Of a stretch of 38,934 nucleotides of DNA, positions 26,973-33,661 are shown in pieces. A model generated the notes under the pieces. That model saw nothing but the letters and a program-made list of their open reading frames with translations, was not told the DNA's origin and ran no database searches. The stretch's first letter is position 1; each line of letters begins with the position of its first letter. Where the stretch lies: IMG/VR virus record IMGVR_UViG_3300048598_000503, positions 1-38,934 of that record; one strand, given 5' to 3'. The position numbers and the translations under genes are program-made. Source of the stretch: a virus. Lineage: Duplodnaviria > Caudoviricetes.

Positions 26973-28201
26973 GGTGCCTCCGCCTCGAAGCCCCACGCGT
27001 CCCAGCCGGGCCGCGACTGCCTCGCGTTCAGCTCGATTTTCGGCAGGGTCGGGAAGTAGTCCTCGATCAGCCGGTGGAAGTTCTCCGGCTTCTCCGAATG
27101 ACGCCCCAGCGGCGCGGTGACGACGCTCTGCCACTGGGTGCCGGGCGCCGGGCATGGCGGGCTGCCGCGCGTGCCGAGGAGCAGCAGCTCGTGCCGGTTC
27201 CGGTTCCAGCGGCCGAGCCCGGCCCGGTCCTTGGCCCAGCAGAACTGCGAGCGATAGGTGAAGCCCCAGCGCGCCATCACCTGCAGCGCCTCGGGCAGCA
27301 TGGGCACGGTCGCCCACAGGAACAGCACGCTGTCCTCGGCCGCGATGCCCGCCACGTCCCGCCGGCAGATCGTCTCGAGGTCGGAGGTCGGGTAGTGGTT
27401 CTCCGGCGACCGGTCCATGCCGGTCTCGTCGCTCCAGTTTTCGAAGCGCCATTCCGGGTCGGCATAGATCACGCCATAGCGCCGCTCCGGCAGCGCTCGC
27501 TGCTTCGCGCCGAGGCGCGCTTCCTTCTCCGCCCTCAGGGCCTTTTTCCGGGCGGTGCTCTCGTCGCGGAAGTGCTTGGCCGCTGCGAGGATCTCCGCCT
27601 TGCCCCGCGCCACGATCTGCGCCTGTTCCGACAGCGGCAGCGACGCCAGGGCGGCGGCGGCCGAGACGGAGACGTCGCCGGCCTCGACAGCCGCAGCCAA
27701 CCCGTCCACGCCGTCCCGGCGCACCATCCGAGCCCGCTCGATGGAGGCCGAGCCGACATTGAGCAGCTGCGCGGCCCGATCGGCGGAAACTCCATCAATT
27801 GATGGAGTTTTGCCCGGCCGCCCCTCGCCCAGCGTCGCCAGCTTCGCCCCGACCATGGCCCTCTGGCTCTCGCTCAGATGCCGGCGGTGCAGGTTGCGCG
27901 ACAGCACCCAGGCCAGCGGGTCCATGTCGACCGTGCCGACCGCGAATCCGAACCGGTCGAACAGGCTCTGCGGATGGGGAATCGGGCTCCCCTCGTCGGA
28001 TGGGGCGAAGAACCCGGCCACCAGCCCGGCGCGGTAGCGGTTGCGCCCGTCGAGGATCGCCCCGTCCAGCAGCATGATTGGCTCGCGCACCCCGTGCCGG
28101 CGAATGTCCTCCACCAGCGCGTCGAAGGCCTCGCCCTCGATCGCCGGGAACAGCTCCGCCAGCGGGTGGATCGGCAGCATCGCGGGTGCGGCGTCGCTCA
28201 T
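26969..28201 (-). CDS. ParB-like N-terminal domain fused to MT-A70 family adenine methyltransferase
   Basis: IHPLAELFP, ILDGRNRYRA, NLHRRHLSESQRA; then YGVIYADPEW, NHYPT, LFLWAT, HELLLLGTRG, HSEKP, KIELNAR, GWDAWG. Confidence 0.92.
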   Translation of the reverse strand: MSDAAPAMLPIHPLAELFPAIEGEAFDALVEDIRRHGVREPIMLLDGAILDGRNRYRAGLVAGFFAPSDEGSPIPHPQSLFDRFGFAVGTVDMDPLAWVLSRNLHRRHLSESQRAMVGAKLATLGEGRPGKTPSIDGVSADRAAQLLNVGSASIERARMVRRDGVDGLAAAVEAGDVSVSAAAALASLPLSEQAQIVARGKAEILAAAKHFRDESTARKKALRAEKEARLGAKQRALPERRYGVIYADPEWRFENWSDETGMDRSPENHYPTSDLETICRRDVAGIAAEDSVLFLWATVPMLPEALQVMARWGFTYRSQFCWAKDRAGLGRWNRNRHELLLLGTRGSPPCPAPGTQWQSVVTAPLGRHSEKPENFHRLIEDYFPTLPKIELNARQSRPGWDAWGFEAEAP

Positions 28202-29037
28202 GCGGCCACCCGCGACAGGATGATATCGAGCCGGCCCTTCAGCCGCGCCTGTAGCGCCGAGGCAATGGTGAGGCCGCCCGCCCGCGCATCCGCATGGGCC
28301 TTGTCGAACTCGCGGATGACCTTGACCTGGTCAAAGGCGGCGATGATCTCCGCCTCCGTCCGGCGGAGACGGCGATAGTCGGCGACGAGCAGCGTCACCG
28401 CCTCCATGATCGGGCCGAGCAGCATGCCGCGCGCGTCGTTCGAGGTCTCGCGGATGCAGCGCAGGCCCAGCACCGTGTCCGGCTCGCCGACGCGCTCGAT
28501 GAGCGCGGAGATCTTGCCGATCGCCATGGTCTCACCGGGCATCTGGTTGAGCACCGACTTCGGGTAGCGCAGCACGGTCACGCCGGCGGCCCTGGCCACC
28601 CGCTCCACCGCCAGCGCCTTCTCGTCGCCGGCGGCCACCGCCGCCTTGTGCACGGCCATGCCGTGCATGCGCGTCGTCACGCCGTTGATGGCGGTGAAGG
28701 CTTCGGCCTGCCCCCCCCTCGCGGCGAGGATGATCTGGCACGGCACGCTCTCGAAGCCGCAGAGCGCCGCGGCCGTGGTGCGGTGCTGGCCGTCGACGAT
28801 GGCAAAGCGCCCGCCGGCCACCGGCGCCACCACCACGGGCGAGAAGGACGACCAGCGGAAGCTCTCGGCGATCTTGCGGATGTTGCGCCGCCCGACCTCC
28901 GTCACCGGCCGCTGATAGGCCTCGTCCACCACCAGGCGGTCGATGCGGATCCAGTCGAGCTGCGGCGCCGGCCCGGCCGCATCGGGGCTAGAGGGCGAGG
29001 TGACGACGATCTTGGTCACCGGCAGGATCGGTGTCAT
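28198..29037 (-). CDS. ParB/Srx-like nuclease-domain protein
   Basis: LVVDEAYQR, FAIVDGQHRTTAA, QAEAFTAIN; GGAGG RBS before MTPILP. Confidence 0.85.
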   Translation of the reverse strand: MTPILPVTKIVVTSPSSPDAAGPAPQLDWIRIDRLVVDEAYQRPVTEVGRRNIRKIAESFRWSSFSPVVVAPVAGGRFAIVDGQHRTTAAALCGFESVPCQIILAARGGQAEAFTAINGVTTRMHGMAVHKAAVAAGDEKALAVERVARAAGVTVLRYPKSVLNQMPGETMAIGKISALIERVGEPDTVLGLRCIRETSNDARGMLLGPIMEAVTLLVADYRRLRRTEAEIIAAFDQVKVIREFDKAHADARAGGLTIASALQARLKGRLDIILSRVAA

Positions 29038-29078
29038 CAGGGCCTCCATGGCCGAGGGGTTGAGACGCCCCGCCGCCC

Positions 29079-29204
29079 TCACGCGGCGAGGAACGCGAAG
29101 ACCAGCGCGGCCAGCGCGCCGACGACAAAGACGGAGATGACGAAGCCGGGGCCGAGAGCCCCGTCGGGCGGGTCGCGCGGCTCGCGGTACTGGGGGCCGG
29201 TCAT
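29079..29204 (-). CDS. Small membrane protein (41 aa; absent from ORF track)
   Basis: MTGPQYREPRDPPDGALGPGFVISVFVVGALAALVFAFLAA*; ATGA-coupled to upstream gene. Confidence 0.7.
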   Translation of the reverse strand: MTGPQYREPRDPPDGALGPGFVISVFVVGALAALVFAFLAA

Positions 29205-29509
29205 CGTCCGCGCTCAGTCTTCGCGCCGGCGCGAATGATCGTCTTCGCGTGGCCCGACACCTCCGGCAGCATGTCGGCCATGACCTTAAGCAGCTCGTCC
29301 TCGAACTTGGGACCAACCAGCAAAAAGGACAGGCCGACGGTAGCGGTCAGCATCCCACGAACCATCACCTCGACCTGATCAGAAGGGCTTAGTTCGCAAT
29401 AGAGTGTCGACCGAGTGGCCGTCAGTGCGGCCTCGCCCATGGCGAGGCGGATCGCCTCGCAGCAGGCGTCGAATGGGTTCGTCGGGTCGAAGGCCTTGCG
29501 CTCATACAT
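29201..29509 (-). CDS. Hypothetical protein (102 aa)
   Basis: GGAG RBS, overlapping start/stop; slightly atypical codon usage. Confidence 0.75.
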   Translation of the reverse strand: MYERKAFDPTNPFDACCEAIRLAMGEAALTATRSTLYCELSPSDQVEVMVRGMLTATVGLSFLLVGPKFEDELLKVMADMLPEVSGHAKTIIRAGAKTERGR

Positions 29510-30080
29510 CGGTTTTCTCCGCCACCCAGCCGGGCGCGGGATCCAGCACTGCCGCGAGGAAAGCCGGCCCGAACACCGCGACGAGGCGCAGCATGTGTCC
29601 GCCGGACAGTTCCGAAGGCCCGTTCCAGGCCATGGCGTTGCGGATCGTGCCTTCCGGAATCCCGGTCAGCGCCGCCACGCGCAGGTGCGGCTTCTGCCCC
29701 TCGAATTCCTTGCGCAGGAAGTTGCGCACGGCGCCCGGCTTCACCCGGCCCGCAAACCGCGCGGCATCGAATCGGGAGCCGGGCGACGCGTTCTCCGTCG
29801 CCGGCAACGCGGATCCGGCAGCGACGGCCGGAGCAGTCTGGCCCACATCGCCCCCCACCGGAGCCATCACCATGAACCGCCGCCGCCCCGCCTCCATCGC
29901 AGCGAAGGCGCCCGCGAAACTCGCCACGCCCTGGAGGCTCATGGCCGCCGCGTTGCTCGCCGCCACGCCGAGACCCTGCCGAAAGCCATCACCAAGCCGG
30001 AAGACGTTCGGGGCCGAACTCCGCCGGCGCTTCGGCTGCACGGCCTTCGAGCGCTTCTGGATGTCGCGTTTCCCGCTCAT
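29502..30080 (-). CDS. Putative CII-position transcriptional regulator (C-terminal HTH)
   Basis: Directly after cro; RVAALTGIPEGTIRNAM HTH-like segment, FGPAFLAAVL motif. Confidence 0.65.
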   Translation of the reverse strand: MSGKRDIQKRSKAVQPKRRRSSAPNVFRLGDGFRQGLGVAASNAAAMSLQGVASFAGAFAAMEAGRRRFMVMAPVGGDVGQTAPAVAAGSALPATENASPGSRFDAARFAGRVKPGAVRNFLRKEFEGQKPHLRVAALTGIPEGTIRNAMAWNGPSELSGGHMLRLVAVFGPAFLAAVLDPAPGWVAEKTDV

Positions 30081-30334
30081 GCGGCCTCTCCCGAAAAGGC
30101 GGCCGGCGCGTCATCGGTCGCGCCGGCCGAAGGGCCCGCCGCAGGCTGCATGTCGGTCTCGGGGGCGGCGGGAAGGGGTTCGGCATCCAGCAGGTCCAGA
30201 AGCCGTGAGATCGGGCCGGATTCGGGCTGACCCGCCTCGAGTCGCGTCACCGTCGGCTGCGAAACGCCGAGGTAGTCCGCCATCCGGTGTTGCGGCCAGT
30301 TCCGGGCCTGCCGCAGGCGCTGGGTCCGTGTCAT
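30077..30334 (-). CDS. cro: Cro-like XRE repressor
   Basis: LRQARNWPQHRMADYLGVSQPTVTRLEAG HTH; divergent from cI. Confidence 0.88.
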   Translation of the reverse strand: MTRTQRLRQARNWPQHRMADYLGVSQPTVTRLEAGQPESGPISRLLDLLDAEPLPAAPETDMQPAAGPSAGATDDAPAAFSGEAA

Positions 30335-30344
30335 GGGGGGGATT

Positions 30345-30409
30345 GATACATGATGTATTATTCCGAGGTCAATACACCATGCATCATCCACAGCGATACG
30401 CTGCGTATT
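30345..30409. promoter_or_regulatory. OR: three 15-bp operators and divergent PR/PRM promoters
   Basis: GATACATGATGTATT (30345-59), AATACACCATGCATC (30371-85), GATACGCTGCGTATT (30395-409); consensus RATAC-N5-GTATY; TTGACC on minus strand at 30372-30367. Confidence 0.88.
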
Positions 30410-31027
30410 ATGTCGACGATGCACGAACGCCTCGAGAAGGCACGCAAGCTGAAATACCGGGCGAGGACGGATGCCGCCCGGGCGATCGGTGTGCCGGTGT
30501 CCACCTATGTTTCGAATGAAAACGGCACACGCGCCTTCGGGCGTGAGCGCGCCGTCCAGTATGCCCGCCACCTGGGCGTCTCCGTCGATTGGCTGCTGTC
30601 CGGGCGGGGCGAAATGCAGCCGGCGAACACCGGCGTGTCGCTCGATGTCCCCCTCGTCTCCTGGGTGAGCGCCGGCCCCCTCGTCCTCGCCGACGCGGTC
30701 GAGGAATATGCCGACGCCACACGGGTCGTCGGCCCGGATCTCGACGCGGGCGGCGACTGGATCGCCCTTGAGGTCGATGGCGATTCCATGAACAAGATCT
30801 CGCCGCCAGGCTCCATCATCTTCGTCAACCGCAAGGATCGGCGTCTCGTCCCGAACGCCTGCTATGTCATCGCCGACGAGACGGGGGCGGCCACCTACAA
30901 GAGATGGAGACCGGACACGGGCTGGGGGCCGGTGTCCACGAATGACGATCATGCACCCCTGAAGCTGCGAGCTGGCGCCGAGCCCACCATCATCGGCCGG
31001 GTGAAACTCTCCCTGATCCGCATGTAG
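30410..31027 (+). CDS. cI: CI-like repressor (XRE HTH + S24 autopeptidase)
   Basis: HTH ...LGVSVDWLLSGRG; VSAG cleavage site; ALEVDGDSM catalytic Ser and ATYKR catalytic Lys. Confidence 0.95.
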   Translation: MSTMHERLEKARKLKYRARTDAARAIGVPVSTYVSNENGTRAFGRERAVQYARHLGVSVDWLLSGRGEMQPANTGVSLDVPLVSWVSAGPLVLADAVEEYADATRVVGPDLDAGGDWIALEVDGDSMNKISPPGSIIFVNRKDRRLVPNACYVIADETGAATYKRWRPDTGWGPVSTNDDHAPLKLRAGAEPTIIGRVKLSLIRM

Positions 31028-31090
31028 CCCGGCTTGACCGCCTCCGGCGGTTGCGGAATCCTCATCCCACAACAGAAGGGGGAGGCGGGC

Positions 31091-31528
31091 ATGCGACAAG
31101 CATGGTTGGCGACGATGGCGCTCGCACTCACCGGCTGTGCCGGCATGCAGCACGCCATGGATCACTACTCAGGCATCGAGCCGGTCGAGGTGCAGATGCC
31201 AGACGACCGCTACCGCGTCTTCGACAAGCCTACCGACGGCCGCATGATGGTCACCTCCAGCATCGGCAGCGCAGCCGGGCAAGGCATGGGATCGGGCCTG
31301 ATGTTGGGAATGGTCGACACCACGCCGCCCCTGCCGCACTTCCAGGCGGCGGCAGAGGCCCACCTCGTCGCAACCGGCCGGGCCCAGTGCCGCGTCACCC
31401 AGGGCTACATCGTCATCAAGCCCCAGTTCGAGTTCCGCTACACCTGCGAACCGGCCACGCTCGCTCTCCCGCCCAGAGCAGCCGCACCAGGGTCCATCCC
31501 GCCCACATCGGCCCAGCCGGGCCGCTGA
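31091..31528 (+). CDS. Lipoprotein downstream of cI (exclusion/immunity-region candidate)
   Basis: GGGGGAGG RBS; MRQAWLATMALALTGC lipobox; two further Cys. Confidence 0.85.
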   Translation: MRQAWLATMALALTGCAGMQHAMDHYSGIEPVEVQMPDDRYRVFDKPTDGRMMVTSSIGSAAGQGMGSGLMLGMVDTTPPLPHFQAAAEAHLVATGRAQCRVTQGYIVIKPQFEFRYTCEPATLALPPRAAAPGSIPPTSAQPGR

Positions 31529-31530
31529 CC

Positions 31531-32205
31531 ATGGACGACCCGCGCCACAATCCTCCCGCTCACCTCCCGCCGAAGCGCAACCTGCGTCTTATCGTCGGCG
31601 GTGCGGCCGGCACCGCGCGCGATCTCGCCGGCAGCGTCACCGGCGCGGCGATCACCGGCGCCGGGCAGGTCGCGACCACAGCCGGCCATGCGACGGGAGC
31701 GGCAGCGCGCCTTGCCGGCAAGGCGGCTGGCGTCACCCTTTCCGCGGCCGCAGCAGCTGCAACCACGGCGGCCGGACTCGCCAGGGACGGCGCATCGGCG
31801 GCAGCCGACGCCGCTGTGGCGGGAGCCGGCAAGGCGGCGGATCTCGCGCGCACCGCCACCGGCGCCGTGAAAGCCGGGGGCGAGGCCTCGGCCGAGGCCG
31901 CCGCAAAGGCCGCCAAGGCCACGGTGCAGGCCGGCACCCAGGTCGTCACCGCCCCGGTCCGCGCCGTCGCGGCTGTGGGGAGCGCCACCGCCGGCGTCGC
32001 CCGCGGTGCCGGCGAGGGCGTCCGGTCTGTCTGGCGCACCTCCGTGCTCATCGTCTGGGGCGTCATCGGCACCGTCGCGCTCATCGCCATCGCCGTCGTC
32101 TTCGCCCCGCGCCAGCAGCCCCAGACCATCACCATCCAGGTCACCGTGCCGCCCGGCGCATCGCCGGCCATCCTCGCTCCGGCAAGCTCCCGTCCCTCCC
32201 GCTGA
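31531..32205 (+). CDS. Ala/Gly/Thr-rich repeat protein with C-terminal TM anchor
   Basis: Starts 2 nt after the lipoprotein stop; TM VLIVWGVIGTVALIAIAVVF; its stop abuts OL. Confidence 0.75.
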   Translation: MDDPRHNPPAHLPPKRNLRLIVGGAAGTARDLAGSVTGAAITGAGQVATTAGHATGAAARLAGKAAGVTLSAAAAAATTAAGLARDGASAAADAAVAGAGKAADLARTATGAVKAGGEASAEAAAKAAKATVQAGTQVVTAPVRAVAAVGSATAGVARGAGEGVRSVWRTSVLIVWGVIGTVALIAIAVVFAPRQQPQTITIQVTVPPGASPAILAPASSRPSR

Positions 32206-32281
32206 TTCGCCATGTATCAACACCGCCTCGCCCACCTTGATACATGGCGTATTGACAATACATGATGTATTAAATTAGCCT
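32204..32281 (+). promoter_or_regulatory. OL: three operators and sigma70-type PL promoter
   Basis: GATTCGCCATGTATC (32204-18), GATACATGGCGTATT (32239-53), AATACATGATGTATT (32257-71); TTGACA (32252-57), 18 nt, TAGCCT. Confidence 0.88.
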
Positions 32282-32311
32282 CCCGGTCATCGCTGACCCC
32301 AGGAGGCCGTC

Positions 32312-32722
32312 ATGTGCCTGCAAGCCTACCTATCCCCCTCCGACCACAGGCTGCCCGAGGGCTGGCCGAACCCCCGCGCCTTCATGGCCGACCCGGCCGC
32401 CGTCGCCGCCCGCATGGACGAGGACGGCCGCCGCATCGCCGCCGAGAAAGGCGACTGCACCGAAGGCGACCTCACCCGCCTCGGCTGGCGGCTGGAGCAG
32501 GTGAAGGCCCACCAGCTGCGCACTCTGGCCGCATGGGACCGGCTTGATGCCGAGGTCGGGGCCTTGCTACAGCAGCTCGCCGAAATCCGCGAAGACCACG
32601 CGCCGGTCGAAGCCAGTGACATCGACCTCGTCGACAGCGCTCCCGCCTGCCTTGCCCCCGACGTCCGCGAGCCCGACCTCACCGACATGGACATCGCCTT
32701 CGGCGTCGAGAGGGCGGCGTGA
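32312..32722 (+). CDS. Hypothetical early protein, first gene of PL operon
   Basis: AGGAGG RBS; CTEGDLTRLGW motif. Confidence 0.82.
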   Translation: MCLQAYLSPSDHRLPEGWPNPRAFMADPAAVAARMDEDGRRIAAEKGDCTEGDLTRLGWRLEQVKAHQLRTLAAWDRLDAEVGALLQQLAEIREDHAPVEASDIDLVDSAPACLAPDVREPDLTDMDIAFGVERAA

Positions 32723-32979
32723 TGGCGGTTATCGACGAGATCGCGGCCGAGCGCGACCGACAGCTCGCCAAGGGCTGGACGCCTAACCACGATGACCAGC
32801 ACACCGCCGGCGAGATCATCGACGCACCGGATTGGGGCGCCGTCGCACGTCTGGATGTGGCGACGTCCATCGCGACGCCACACGAGCGGCGGAGGCTCCT
32901 GGTTCAAGCCGCTGCGCTGATCGTCGCCGAGATCGAGCGGCTGGATCGGGCAGCTGACGCTGCGGGGTCCGCGTCATGA
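32722..32979 (+). CDS. Conserved phage hypothetical protein
   Basis: IAAERDRQLAKGWTPNHDDQH...RRRLLVQAAALIVAEIERLDR, a motif I recognise from many phages. Confidence 0.85.
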   Translation: MAVIDEIAAERDRQLAKGWTPNHDDQHTAGEIIDAPDWGAVARLDVATSIATPHERRRLLVQAAALIVAEIERLDRAADAAGSAS

Positions 32980-33275
32980 CCGCCGCCCCCGTCGCCTGCC
33001 TGCAGGGCGAGCTGGAATCGGCCCTGCTCGCCGAGGTGCAGCCCTGGATCAACGCCTATGCCGCGGCCCGCCCCGGCGCCACCGCCACGGATCTGCTGAA
33101 CGACCTCGCCCTTGTGCTCGTCGCCGTCCAGACCGCCGTGGCGAAGGCCCAGGCCAACGCTGGCAAGGCGGCGAGCGTCGCCGATGTCGTGGTGCTCATG
33201 GAGGTGGCCTGGCCGCCCCTCCTGCGCGCCACCCGCCTCACCATGGAACAGCTGAACCGGAGCGCCGCCGGATGA
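32976..33275 (+). CDS. Hypothetical protein (99 aa)
   Basis: ATGA coupling on both sides. Confidence 0.75.
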   Translation: MTAAPVACLQGELESALLAEVQPWINAYAAARPGATATDLLNDLALVLVAVQTAVAKAQANAGKAASVADVVVLMEVAWPPLLRATRLTMEQLNRSAAG

Positions 33276-33612
33276 CGACCCGCGAACCCCTGCCCAGCGC
33301 CGGCCGGCCTCCACCATCAGCCTCTTCATCGGCAACGACACCTATGCCGTCACCGCCGGCTTCTATCCCGACGGCCGTGTCGGCGAGGTCTTCGTCACCG
33401 CGCCGAAGGTCGGCACCGACATCGAGGCGATCCTCCGAGACGGCGCCATCCTTCTCTCCTTCGCCCTGCAGCACGGCGCGAGCCTGGACGAGCTCGTCCA
33501 CGCCATGACCCGCAACGGCGCCGGCGACGTCGCCAGCATCCTCGGCCGGCTTGCCGAGGCGGTGAAGGAGAACCTCGCCGAAGAGTTCCTGCGCCTCGCA
33601 AGAGCCTTGTGA
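33272..33612 (+). pseudogene. Stand-alone NrdJ C-terminal-like (TSCPD-related) protein, frameshifted near codon 8
   Basis: MTTREPLP in one frame, then QRRPASTISLF...VTAGFYPDGRVGEVF...GTDIEAILRDGAILLSFALQHG...RAL* in the -1 frame; adding one C at 33293-33295 restores the ORF. Confidence 0.8.
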
Positions 33613-33661
33613 CCCCCTGGCCACCTGATCCCTCAACCCCTCGCTGCCCCGGAGCCTCGCC

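Noticed and set aside
30077-31165. 362-aa minus-strand ORF spanning cI
   Set aside because: Only the last 85 codons (from ATG 30334) are the Cro-like gene; the rest is antisense to cI and crosses the operators
501-32495. Partial matches to the hairpin core at about 506-520, 10324-10333, 14435-14443 and 32479-32490
   Set aside because: Each lacks half of the core or the extended stem and lies in coding sequence; compatible with chance at this GC content
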